From Prevotellaceae bacterium (lineage in GTDB: Bacteria > Bacteroidota > Bacteroidia > Bacteroidales > UBA932), in NCBI GenBank assembly GCA_031288865.1, contig JAITQN010000037.1, positions 1 to 56,877 of the forward strand: a stretch of 56,877 bases of DNA, given 5' to 3'. Every line of letters starts with the position of its first letter. The first letter of the stretch is position 1. The position numbers and the translations under genes are program-made. Below are positions 1-8,997 of the stretch, piece by piece. The notes below the pieces were generated by a model. The model did no database searches. It saw only the letters and a program-made list of their open reading frames with translations, and was not told the DNA's origin.

Positions 1-486
1 AAATATTATGATTTCCCATCAACAATCGAAGTGTCCACTGTTGACTTTTCTTATTTAAACGTTCAGAGCGATAAGAAAACGGACACTTATCTTCTTTATT
101 ATAAATCGTCACATGATGTTTCGTGGCAAAGCATAGATTCTCAAACTAACCTTGACACAAAACGGGTAATAAGTAAGCAAAATAGTCCAATTCTCATTCA
201 GCATATCACGCTGTTCCCATTTCCTGAATTGAATTATTCACACTACATCACGCCAAATGGTGACGGTTTTAATGACTATTTTGAAATCCTCGGCATAGAG
301 AAATGTACCGGTTCAAAATTAGTCATCTTTACGCCTGCAGGAACGATTATCCACACCGCAGAGCCCTACGATAATGATTTTGACGGAAAAAATTCGGATA
401 TATCTGCCGGTGCATATTACTACATCTTTTGGTGTGATAAAAACGATAGCCCGATAAAAAAAGGATACCTTGAAATAATTAAATAA
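1..486 (+). CDS. T9SS type-B sorting (CHU_C-like) C-terminal-domain protein, 5'-truncated by the window edge
   Basis: Frame 1 is open from nt 1. The C-terminal ~90 aa carry the type-B sorting-domain signature (ITPNGDGFNDYFEILG ... YYYIFW ... KGYLEIIK). A PorP/SprF-type gene, the usual partner, follows directly. Confidence 0.7.
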   Translation, partial: KYYDFPSTIEVSTVDFSYLNVQSDKKTDTYLLYYKSSHDVSWQSIDSQTNLDTKRVISKQNSPILIQHITLFPFPELNYSHYITPNGDGFNDYFEILGIEKCTGSKLVIFTPAGTIIHTAEPYDNDFDGKNSDISAGAYYYIFWCDKNDSPIKKGYLEIIK

Positions 487-489
487 ATA

Positions 490-1413
490 GTGAAAAAGCT
501 TTTTACATTACACTTATGTTTGTTGATAACAATATCTTCTGCTATTGCGCAGATACAATATATGTACCATAAACAATTTACCAATCCGGCCGCGATGGGA
601 GCAGAGGATGTGTTTAACTTTGCCACATATGCACAACTTAGGCTGTACGGATTCGATTCGGCGCCCGGACAAACAGTTTTACAAGTGACGGTTCCTTTTT
701 CGACAAACGCCGGCTATGGATTTTCAGATGCATCAAAAAACATGTACATTGGGTTTACTGCATTTGTAAGATCAACGGGAATCCATCTAAATTATAATAT
801 TTTGGCTTCATATGGATACAAAATTAATTTAACCCCCAATACCAATTTAACATTTGCATTAGCGTTAGGAGTAAATGCTAATAGCATCAATTATCAAAGA
901 CTACTTGACTATGATACGGATCCCGCAGTCGCCGCATTATTGGTATCAACGGGATATAAATTACACGGACAGGCCGGAGCCTATATGCAAGGCAATAAAT
1001 TTTACTTTTCATTATATTCGTCGTCGATAGTTTCAGATCAAAATATATGGCTTCAAACCGGCTTTTTTACCACGGTAGGCAAATCTGACGACGATGGATA
1101 CTCACAAATATATTCACAGGACGGCAGAAAAAATATGTTTGAAATAAACGGACAACTTGGCTATACTAACAATAACAGGAATAGTAAAGAAACAATACTG
1201 CAAGCACAAGCCAATACAATATTTACGTTCAATAATCTCATTGGCGGGGGCATCGCATGGGAATATCCGTTAAAAATGGCAGGAATAGCAACCTTTAACC
1301 TGGGGTCAATAAAGGTGTCCTATTGCTATCACGTTGATAATTTAGACAAGAATTTGCCGACCCACGAAATTTTCCTAAAAGTGAAAATTAAACCGAAAAC
1401 AGATATTTTTTAA
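490..1413 (+). CDS. PorP/SprF-family type IX secretion membrane protein
   Basis: GTG start 4 nt after the preceding stop. Signal peptide MKKLFTLHLCLLITISSAIAQ, then QYMYHKQFTNPAAMG resembling the PorP/SprF N-terminal motif. About 300 aa, and paired with a type-B CTD gene. Confidence 0.65.
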   Translation: MKKLFTLHLCLLITISSAIAQIQYMYHKQFTNPAAMGAEDVFNFATYAQLRLYGFDSAPGQTVLQVTVPFSTNAGYGFSDASKNMYIGFTAFVRSTGIHLNYNILASYGYKINLTPNTNLTFALALGVNANSINYQRLLDYDTDPAVAALLVSTGYKLHGQAGAYMQGNKFYFSLYSSSIVSDQNIWLQTGFFTTVGKSDDDGYSQIYSQDGRKNMFEINGQLGYTNNNRNSKETILQAQANTIFTFNNLIGGGIAWEYPLKMAGIATFNLGSIKVSYCYHVDNLDKNLPTHEIFLKVKIKPKTDIF

Positions 1414-1625
1414 TATCGTTTTCATGCAATTATTTTGATTTTCATATAGTCGGGAGTGAATGAAATAGACTGGAAAAGCGGCCTGTCGCCAAACAGATGC
1501 TTTTGTTGAAGTTGATATGTTTTTTATTTGCTTATCATTATATGCCAAGTTTGCTGTGATATTCGATATTTTTCTTTGTCTTTTTTCTATTGGAGTATCG
1601 GGCGACAAAGTGGGCATTATCAGGT

Positions 1626-2660
1626 TTACAATATCTTCTCTTGTGGCAAAGCCTTTTTCTTCTGTTTTCTAAACCTTTCCTGCAATTCTTCTATTCGTTT
1701 CAGCAATTCGTCGAAGGTCAATTTGTTTCCGTAAATCATTGAATTACACATTATTTCGTAATCTTGTCGCCATTCGATAATAACTTGTTCGGGCGGAATA
1801 AGTACAATGCGTTTGCGAATGTCGAGCGTGTAATCAACGTCGTTTATTCGGGTAAAGACTTCGCGATGGTGGCGGATTGTTTCCCAAAATTCGTTGTCGA
1901 CAATGGCTTTTATGGCAAAATCGCAATCCATCATTCGTTCCAAGTCGTAGAAATGGCGACTTTTACGATTGGCGTGCATATTTCCGCCCGAAGTAAAAAT
2001 CTCGTGTAACAAAAAGGCTTTTTCCAAAAATGTTTTTTCGGGAACTGCCGTAATAATTTTGGAATTGACAAACGAAGTGTCAACCGGAGTATTTTCCGAA
2101 ATCATTGATTTAATATTGCCTTTTGCCGTCGGCTCAAACAGAGAGCGTGCGCCAATTTCAAGCACTATTTCCGATTTCATATATGGAATGTTATCATATA
2201 GCGGACTGTAGCGAATGAAAATCTTTCGTGGTTCGGGGTATGTCTTGTCACCTTCACCGTCGGACTGTGGCGTAATTGTACAAATATCGGCAATGTTGTA
2301 TTTATTTACAGCGTCTTGCAGTTCGTTACAAAATGCTTCTTTCACAAAAAGTGAAGATTGTTTGCGTAATTTTTTGATTTGTTTTACGGTCAAATCGCCT
2401 TCAGGTAAATCCAACTGTTCACGAGCAATTGCTAAATCAATGTCTTCTGAAAAACGGTTTGTCAATTTCCAAACTTTACTTAACGAAGTGCCGCCTTTGA
2501 ACACCAGTTTATCGGCAAACGACAGTGAGAAAACAATCTGTAAAACAGTTGTTACCCACAAATCTTTTTCGATTGCCTGAACGGGCAGCCCGACTTTGTC
2601 GGCAGTGGTTTTAATGATAAACAATTTATCGCTGTTCGATAATGTAAAAAAATCATTCAT
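1626..2660 (-). CDS. AbiEii/AbiGii-family nucleotidyltransferase toxin (type IV TA)
   Basis: DKLVFKGGTSLSKVWKLTNRFSEDIDLAI is the characteristic AbiEii (DUF1814) nucleotidyltransferase motif. 344 aa. 8-nt overlap with the upstream antitoxin-like gene. Confidence 0.8.
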   Translation of the reverse strand: MNDFFTLSNSDKLFIIKTTADKVGLPVQAIEKDLWVTTVLQIVFSLSFADKLVFKGGTSLSKVWKLTNRFSEDIDLAIAREQLDLPEGDLTVKQIKKLRKQSSLFVKEAFCNELQDAVNKYNIADICTITPQSDGEGDKTYPEPRKIFIRYSPLYDNIPYMKSEIVLEIGARSLFEPTAKGNIKSMISENTPVDTSFVNSKIITAVPEKTFLEKAFLLHEIFTSGGNMHANRKSRHFYDLERMMDCDFAIKAIVDNEFWETIRHHREVFTRINDVDYTLDIRKRIVLIPPEQVIIEWRQDYEIMCNSMIYGNKLTFDELLKRIEELQERFRKQKKKALPQEKIL

Positions 2661-3258
2661 AACAATTCATTATTAAAGATTTAATCCAAGACGGCATTAG
2701 TTTTACATCATTCATTATTTGCTCTTTTGGCTGCATAGTGAGAATATATTTGATTTTGTCCAAATGTTCCTGCATAACTTTATCTTTACCTATTTCTTTG
2801 AGAGCAAAAGTAATGAGCATAGCCAATTCGTTTTTGAATGCCAGATTTTTTGGGGCTGTATGAATAAAAAGAATTCCGTTTTGCGGTCCGACTTTTATTC
2901 TGCGCGGCGTACCGTCTGTAAGATAAACAAAATTCATAGGAACCTGCGTAGAAAACCCAAGACGATTAAGCGCATAGACGCCTGTTGGTACAATGTGCGC
3001 ATTGTCTCTTTTTGCAATACTTTGTGCGACATCTTCTACTGACGGAAACAAAATGCCCATACCGAATTTTTTGTCGATTTTCGGGTAATAATAAATGCCA
3101 CGAGCATATCTTAAAATCATTCCTTTTTTAACTAAACGCTGTAATACGGTTCTTACCGATTCCGTTTTTCCGAACGTTGCAAAATCTGCCGGTAAAAACA
3201 CATTTCCTCTTCCGCATTTTTTAATCTTCGCAACTATTCTATTTTCAATATTTTCCAT
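2653..3258 (-). CDS. AbiEi-like antitoxin (DUF6088-type)
   Basis: Operonic overlap with the AbiEii gene. The N-terminal region IVAKIKKCGRGNVFLPADFATFGKTESVRTVLQRLVKKGMILRYARGIYYYP resembles AbiEi/DUF6088 wHTH proteins. I prefer the internal ATG at 3258 (MENIEN...) over the ORF-track start at 3354. Confidence 0.6.
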   Translation of the reverse strand: MENIENRIVAKIKKCGRGNVFLPADFATFGKTESVRTVLQRLVKKGMILRYARGIYYYPKIDKKFGMGILFPSVEDVAQSIAKRDNAHIVPTGVYALNRLGFSTQVPMNFVYLTDGTPRRIKVGPQNGILFIHTAPKNLAFKNELAMLITFALKEIGKDKVMQEHLDKIKYILTMQPKEQIMNDVKLMPSWIKSLIMNCYE

Positions 3259-3554
3259 ATTATTTTTACTTATATTTTGTCGCGAAAAATATGTCTTTTC
3301 GCGACAATTCTCACGCTGCAAAGATATTGTTTTTTTCTGATATATGATATACAATTATTGGATTGTGCATTTTTCGATTGCATATATATGAGGTTATATC
3401 AAATATCAAATTTGCGGAAGTTTTGGAACACATTATATCAAAATGTGTTCCAAAATTCCGACTGCAAAGATACTGCTTTTATATATTTCCTTTATAAAAA
3501 TAATTCGTTGTAATTTTGCGACAAAATAGAGAGATGATGAAAAAAGAGCACGAA

Positions 3555-4790
3555 TTAGTCCCACTGAGTTAATAACTGAGCGTTTTTCTGCCGTTCATCA
3601 CTCTCAAAAGAGGCTAAATAATTTTCTGTTGTTCTGATATCTGAGTGGCCAAGGCTTTCTGAAATAAATGCTATGTTTGCACCACTCCGCTTCAAGACGG
3701 TAGCATAAGAGTGTCGGGCAACATAAGTGGTTAGATTGGCAATACCTAAGACAGCGCCAAGCTGCTTCATGCTTTTGTTGGTACGTTTAATTACATCCTT
3801 GATCATATTTCTTCGCTTTACAGGGTCATTGATGCAATTGAGATAGGGGAAAATGTAATTTTCTTTATCCGTATCGGTATTACCCCGCCTTTTTATAATA
3901 TCCCACATTTCAGGAGTAATAAAGGCTATAACCTCTTTTTTTTCTCTGGAGGTTCGTGTTGTCTTCTTACGTAAAAACGATACTTCATTATCTTGAATAT
4001 TCCCATATTTAAGTTGAAGAATATCCTTAAAATTAGCACCATTACACAAGTAAGAAAATAGCCATAAATCACGATAATACGCACCGGAGCTGTTTTCGTC
4101 ATATTTGTATTCTTTTATTTGTTTTATTTGAGCGAGTGACAGTGCCAATTTACGTCTTACTGACATGGGTATTTCATACTTGCGTTTGCCAAAAGGATAT
4201 AATGCTGCATCTATGAGTCCAGCATCTATAGTTTCATTGAAAACAGTACGCAGATTACGAAGATAAATTCCAATAGTTGTATAACTTCTCCCCTGAGTCA
4301 GCATGTGTTTTTCATAACTGTTAAGCCATGATACCGTAATGTTCTCAAACCTCAAGGCATCACCGCCATAACGATTGAGACTTAAATATGTGCATTTATA
4401 AGTGTCTGCTGTGCCAAAAGCTTCTATACTTTCCAACTTTTTCACTTTATTCAGTATTGTGTCTTTAATACTAATACATGTTATACCGTCCATCCGTACC
4501 TTCAAATTATCGAATGAAAATTTTCCATCTTCCATTAATTTGCGGGCAAAATGTTTAACTTTGCCAAACGTATTTTCGAGGCTATTGCGGTGTTCTATTA
4601 ATTTTTTATTTTTACTTGTGTTGATAGATTTCCATTCTTCACCTGTCAACTGGACACCTGTGGAATAATATGTTCTTTTTCTTTTATAGGAAATGCATAT
4701 CTTGATGGATGCTTTTTCCGTATTTGCGAGTTTGTAACGATCTTCTCGTATAAAGTAAATATTCAATCCTTCTTTAGTGTATTTTTCCAT
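3555..4790 (-). CDS. Tyrosine site-specific recombinase / integrase
   Basis: C-terminal catalytic region ARHSYATVLKRSGANIAFISESLGHSDIRTTENYL (HxxR ... Y). Bacteroidota-type N-terminal arm-binding region. Start taken at ATG 4790 (MEKYTKEG...). Confidence 0.85.
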   Translation of the reverse strand: MEKYTKEGLNIYFIREDRYKLANTEKASIKICISYKRKRTYYSTGVQLTGEEWKSINTSKNKKLIEHRNSLENTFGKVKHFARKLMEDGKFSFDNLKVRMDGITCISIKDTILNKVKKLESIEAFGTADTYKCTYLSLNRYGGDALRFENITVSWLNSYEKHMLTQGRSYTTIGIYLRNLRTVFNETIDAGLIDAALYPFGKRKYEIPMSVRRKLALSLAQIKQIKEYKYDENSSGAYYRDLWLFSYLCNGANFKDILQLKYGNIQDNEVSFLRKKTTRTSREKKEVIAFITPEMWDIIKRRGNTDTDKENYIFPYLNCINDPVKRRNMIKDVIKRTNKSMKQLGAVLGIANLTTYVARHSYATVLKRSGANIAFISESLGHSDIRTTENYLASFESDERQKNAQLLTQWD

Positions 4791-4974
4791 AATTACATTT
4801 ATCTTTGTAAAATGTTTACAAAAGTATGATAAAATTTTGCTACACACAAACTACACACAACGGGAAAAAAATAAAGAAAACTTATACAACCTTAATTGCA
4901 TCTATTGTGCTTATTTTTAATATATTTTAACCATTTTGAAATGTTAAACAATCCTATCCAATCTTGTTTTTTAT

Positions 4975-5021
4975 GCCCTGCAAGCAGGGGGTCGTCGGTT
5001 CGACTCCGACAATCTCCACCA
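4975..5021 (+). pseudogene. Orphan 3' fragment of a class II tRNA (variable arm + T arm + acceptor 3' strand + CCA); candidate att site
   Basis: CCCTG-CAAG-CAGGG hairpin (4976-4989), T arm GTCGG-TTCGACT-CCGAC (4994-5010), AATCTCC + A + CCA (5011-5021). No GGAGATT 5' acceptor strand or D/anticodon arms lie upstream. Confidence 0.6.
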
Positions 5022-5029
5022 AACAGACG

Positions 5030-5065
5030 TCAGGCGATTTTGAAAGAAGTTGCCTGATTTTTTTT
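5030..5065 (+). terminator. Rho-independent terminator downstream of the tRNA fragment
   Basis: TCAGGCGATTTT / GAAA loop / GAAGTTGCCTGA (12-bp stem including G-U pairs) followed by T8 (5058-5065). Confidence 0.65.
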
Positions 5066-5187
5066 AATTGAAAATCAACCTTTAAAAAGAAAAAGAATTT
5101 TTGTGAATTCGGATAAGTTTGCAAAATTGTGTAGATTGGCCGCTCTATTTTAGCTCTTTGCAGCGCAACTAACTAATGTAAATGAGA

Positions 5188-5610
5188 CTAAAAAGTCGTA
5201 TTTGAAACATATTTTTTAATTTGTTCCATTCTGAAATGTCGTTCAAATGAAAAAGTAGAACTCTCTTTGATTATATATTCGTCCAACTTTAAGCATAATT
5301 GATATAATGCATTCTTTTTTGAATTATTTGTATTCATATTATCTGCAATGATGACTAAAATTTCCACTAATTTATTAATATCCTCATAATCAAATCCTTT
5401 TTTATTAAGAATATGTATTATATCTTCAAATTTACATGTGAGAAAAGTATCAATATCTATGTCGAATTCAGAATTTAATACCTGACGAACCTTTTCAACC
5501 CCAATAGAGTCAATAGTGCCTGTTTTTAAATTAAGTAAATACGCAATCAAATACCCAAGAACAACCCCTATCTGGTCTATTTGTCGTTTTAAATAATCTC
5601 TCTGTTCCAT
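5188..5610 (-). CDS. Hypothetical protein (140 aa)
   Basis: Clean ORF with AT-rich host-like composition. I recognise no motif. Confidence 0.45.
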   Translation of the reverse strand: MEQRDYLKRQIDQIGVVLGYLIAYLLNLKTGTIDSIGVEKVRQVLNSEFDIDIDTFLTCKFEDIIHILNKKGFDYEDINKLVEILVIIADNMNTNNSKKNALYQLCLKLDEYIIKESSTFSFERHFRMEQIKKYVSNTTF

Positions 5611-5802
5611 ATTATCTTTAATCTACGCATCAAAATACAAATATACTACAAACTAAGCGATTTTACCCTAAACAATCGGTCAGATTACCTGCCTTTGAAA
5701 GCAAATCAGGACGAATAATGAAAATATTAAAAGTGTTCAACGATTTTATGGCGCTATAACTAGGGTAAACTTGTGTGTAATTACCAAAAAAAGTTAGCAT
5801 TT

Positions 5803-5833
5803 TTTGTAAGTAATTGATATTTCCTTACATTTG
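5803..5833 (+). promoter_or_regulatory. Canonical Bacteroidota sigma-A-type promoter (TTTG-N19-TAcaTTTG)
   Basis: TTTG at 5803-5806 and TACATTTG at 5826-5833 with a 19-nt spacer. This matches the -33 TTTG / -7 TAnnTTTG consensus. It lies ~20 nt upstream of ATG 5853. Confidence 0.5.
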
Positions 5834-5852
5834 TGTTGTTATTTTTTTTGCG

Positions 5853-5987
5853 ATGTGCAACGAAAAGGAAATTTTGGTGTTATTAAAAAAGGGCGACATC
5901 TTCGGATTCCGGAAGCTGTTTGAGCACTATTATGCCCTTGAAAGATGTGTTCTCTTCGTATATTGCCAATTTATAATTAATAAAGAT
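5853..5987 (+). pseudogene. N-terminal stub resembling an ECF sigma-70 factor, read through into the GH3 gene
   Basis: MCNEKEILVLLKKGDIFGFRKLFEHYYALE resembles the typical region-2 N-terminus of Bacteroidota ECF sigma factors (E.EL...L..GD..AF..L...YY). Similarity stops after ~35 aa, exactly where composition switches to GC-rich. Confidence 0.4.
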
Positions 5988-8507
5988 ATGAAAAAAATTA
6001 TTCTTGCTCTTTGCCTTGTCGCTTGCTGCTGTCCGGCCTATTCGCAGGCGGCGCCTGATTTCCGGAATCCGGATAAAGATACGGAAACGCGGGTTAACGA
6101 TGTAATTGCCCATATGACGCTGGATGAAAAGATAGCGCTGTTGGCGGGCTATAACGATTTTTTCTTTCATCCGTGCGCGCGGTTGGATATTCCTGCCTTC
6201 AAAATGGGCGATGGTCCGTTGGGCGTGGCCTCGTGGGGCCTGTTCGGGCGCGCTACCGCTTTTCCTGCAGCCCTCGCGCAGGCTTCTTCGTGGAACAGGG
6301 ATTTGATGCAGCGGCTCGGCGCCATGTATGCCCGTGAGTGGCGCGCGCGCGGTGTGCATTTTTTGCTCTCGCCGGGTGTCAATATATACAGGGCGTCGAA
6401 AAGCGCTCGTAATTTTGAATATTTCGGCGAAGATCCTTACCTGGCTTCCGCAATGATCGTGCCCTTCATCAAAGCGGTGCAGGAGGGCGGCGTGATTGCC
6501 ACCGTAAAACATTTTGCGGGCAACGAGCAGGAATTTGACCGCTACCGCGTAAGTTCCGAAATCGGCGAGCGGGCATTGCGCGAAATATATTTGCCTCCAT
6601 TCAAGGCGGCGGTGCAGGAAGCCGGCGTGTGGGCGGTGATGACCAGCTACAACCCGCTGAACGGCACGTACACCACCCAAAATAAATTTCTGATCAACAT
6701 CCTGAAGAAGGAATGGGGTTTTAAGGGCCTGTTGATGTCCGACTGGGCTTGTACCTACAACGCCATCGAAGCCGCCAACAACGGCCTCGACATGGAAATG
6801 GGCTCCATGGTGGCTTTTAAATATGATGTACTGAAACCGCTGATAGACGCAGGAAAGGTAACGGAAGCCACCCTCGACGAGAAGGTACGGCGCATCTACC
6901 GAGCGTGCATCGCTATGGGCTTCTTTGACCGCGACCAACAGTCGGGCGAGCCACTTTACAACGTGGATGCCAACAAACTGGCGCTGGAGGCGGCGCGTGA
7001 AGGTATCACGCTCCTCAAAAACGAGCGCAACCTGTTGCCGCTGCAACCTGTAGGAATAAAGACCATTGCCGTGATTGGCCCCACTGCCAATCCCATGCTG
7101 ATTACCGACCGCGCTTTTCAGGGACCACACCGGATTGTATATGGCGGCGGCGGCAGTTCAAAAGTGAATCCATGGTACATCGTGTCGGATTTGGATGGAA
7201 TTAAAAATCAATTTGCAGAGTGCAAGGTGGTGTACGCCGAAGGTATCTCGAATGATTTTAAATATAATCTTTTCCGCACCTCGCGGTTTGTCACCGATGA
7301 GGGAAAGCCGGGGCTGAAGGCGCGTTATAGCGTAAATGTCCAGGAAGCGCAAAAGGTAGACGGGCAGGTGAATTTTGAATGGGATATGTGGGCTCCGGAG
7401 ATGCAAGGAGGCAAAGAACTGTCGGTCCGTTGGGAAGGATTTATAGAGGTGTCGGAGACCGGCGATTTGCTGCTTTTTGTGGATGCGCAGGGCGGTTACC
7501 GCCTTTCGGTGGACGACCGGACAGTGTTGGACGCCTACAGCGCGCCCTCGTTCGACAACCGTAACATTAGCCTCGCCGTCAATAAGGGCGAGCGGAAGAA
7601 GGTTACGCTTGAGTACCGGAGTAACGGAGCGGCTCCTGCCGAAATTCGTTTGGGCTACACCTACCGTAGCCGCATTGATTTCAGTGAAGCGTTGGCCGTG
7701 GCGCGGCAAGCCGATGCCGTTATTTTTTGCGGTGGGCTGGATGGCGAGATTGAAAAGGAAGGGCGTGACCGTCCCTTCGACCTGCCCTTTGGACAGGATG
7801 AACTCATTAAAGAATTGGCCAAAGTCAATCCTAACCTCTGCGTGGTTATCCATGCCGGCGGCGGGGTAAACATGAGCACATGGATAGATCATGTTCCGGC
7901 CGTGCTCCATGCACTTTATCCCGGACAGGAAGGCGGCGCGGCGCTGGCCGAAATCCTCTCCGGCGCGGTAAACCCGTCGGCAAAGTTGCCCTATACCATA
8001 GAAAAGCGGTGGGAAGATTCGCCCGCTTATGGAGGATATGACGAAACGCGCGGCGAGCGAAAAGTATATTATCACGAAGGCATTTTTGTGGGCTATCGCG
8101 GGTACGACAAAAAAGGTATCACGCCGCTGTTCCCTTTTGGACATGGGCTTTCCTACACTACTTTTGAATATTCGGATTTAAACATTGAGGCGAAAGACCG
8201 CAACCGGGTGAGGGTGCGCTTCAGCATAACAAATACCGGCACACGCGCCGGAGCGGAAGTGGCGCAACTGTATATTCGCGATATAAAATCCACAGAAGAG
8301 CGTCCGGAGAAAGAATTAAAAGGTTTCGAAAAACTGTGGCTGGATGCCGGCGAAACCAAAACAGTGGAAATATTACTTGCTGAAGATGCGTTTACCTACT
8401 TTAGCGAAAAGAGAAACAAGTGGGTGTTTGAAAAAGGCGAATTTGACTTTTTGGTAGGAAAATCATCACAGGATATTATACTGCACAAAACCGTTTCGTT
8501 AAAATAA
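5988..8507 (+). CDS. GH3 beta-glycosidase (BglX-like) with inserted PA14 domain and C-terminal Fn3-like domain
   Basis: Signal peptide MKKIILALCLVACCCPAYSQ at ATG 5988. GH3 motifs KHFAGNEQE and GLLMSDW (nucleophile Asp). PA14-like insert (VNFEWDMWAP...VRWEGFIEVSETGDLLLFVDAQGGYRLSVDD). Ends with the Fn3-like domain. Confidence 0.9.
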   Translation: MKKIILALCLVACCCPAYSQAAPDFRNPDKDTETRVNDVIAHMTLDEKIALLAGYNDFFFHPCARLDIPAFKMGDGPLGVASWGLFGRATAFPAALAQASSWNRDLMQRLGAMYAREWRARGVHFLLSPGVNIYRASKSARNFEYFGEDPYLASAMIVPFIKAVQEGGVIATVKHFAGNEQEFDRYRVSSEIGERALREIYLPPFKAAVQEAGVWAVMTSYNPLNGTYTTQNKFLINILKKEWGFKGLLMSDWACTYNAIEAANNGLDMEMGSMVAFKYDVLKPLIDAGKVTEATLDEKVRRIYRACIAMGFFDRDQQSGEPLYNVDANKLALEAAREGITLLKNERNLLPLQPVGIKTIAVIGPTANPMLITDRAFQGPHRIVYGGGGSSKVNPWYIVSDLDGIKNQFAECKVVYAEGISNDFKYNLFRTSRFVTDEGKPGLKARYSVNVQEAQKVDGQVNFEWDMWAPEMQGGKELSVRWEGFIEVSETGDLLLFVDAQGGYRLSVDDRTVLDAYSAPSFDNRNISLAVNKGERKKVTLEYRSNGAAPAEIRLGYTYRSRIDFSEALAVARQADAVIFCGGLDGEIEKEGRDRPFDLPFGQDELIKELAKVNPNLCVVIHAGGGVNMSTWIDHVPAVLHALYPGQEGGAALAEILSGAVNPSAKLPYTIEKRWEDSPAYGGYDETRGERKVYYHEGIFVGYRGYDKKGITPLFPFGHGLSYTTFEYSDLNIEAKDRNRVRVRFSITNTGTRAGAEVAQLYIRDIKSTEERPEKELKGFEKLWLDAGETKTVEILLAEDAFTYFSEKRNKWVFEKGEFDFLVGKSSQDIILHKTVSLK

Positions 8508-8653
8508 ACACCATTTTAATTTTTTTTCTCCTTATAGTCAGATATTTATAAAAAAAAGTTTACTTTTTTTTAACAAAAGTGTAATATATACACAAAAAAG
8601 TTTATATATTTGTCTCGTGTTTGGGTTATTGTTAATTAGCAAAAAAAACAAAA

Positions 8654-8981
8654 TTTGTCCTACCCAGACAAACTGAAAAACGAAGAGAACGCAGGGGGGA
8701 GTGCAGTTCATCGGAGAAGTAGCCAGACGTGGTAAGAAAAAGGGGAAAAAAAACGTCGCACAGGGGCTATTCGAATTGCCAAAATATACATAGAATAAAC
8801 TGAAAAAGATACACATAAAGGTGTAGGGTGTGGGGTAAGAAAAAGGGGGAAACACACACAATTAATGTGTACAACAGCGTGAGTATAAATTGTTTATACG
8901 TTTCCGGAAGGAAAATGTACATATGAGTGAATTAGCTGAAATACTGTAAATTGAGAGGGCGATTTGACTGGGTAGGACAAA
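8654..8981. repeat. 328-bp purine-skewed intergenic segment bounded by a perfect 14-nt inverted repeat
   Basis: TTTGTCCTACCCAG (8654-8667) and CTGGGTAGGACAAA (8968-8981). Internal direct repeat GGTAAGAAAAAGGGG at 8731-8745 and 8834-8848. Confidence 0.6.
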
Positions 8982-8997
8982 ACCAAAATAGAGACTA

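Noticed and set aside
4930-5021. Possibility of a complete tRNA (or a tmRNA 3' end) at this position.
   Set aside because: The 5' acceptor strand complementary to AATCTCC, the D arm and the anticodon arm are all missing within the preceding ~100 nt. The region ~350-400 nt upstream, where a tmRNA 5' end would lie, is integrase coding sequence. It is reported only as a fragment.
5814-5987. ORF-track N-terminal extension of the GH3 gene (start at 5814).
   Set aside because: The extension is AT-rich, lacks a signal peptide and is chimeric (ECF-sigma-like stub). A proper signal peptide begins at ATG 5988, so the extension is treated as a fused relic and not as part of the enzyme.
5883-7130. Long antisense ORFs inside the GC-rich genes, e.g. 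5883-7130(-) 415 aa, 7158-8144(-), 19985-20992(-), 21665-22663(-), 27954-29357(-) 467 aa, 31220-32899(-) 559 aa and 34933-35838(-).
   Set aside because: They fully overlap sense-strand genes with clear family motifs. Their translations are Arg/Gly/Ala/Val-rich low-information sequence typical of stop-poor antisense frames in ~60% G+C DNA, and no motifs are recognisable.
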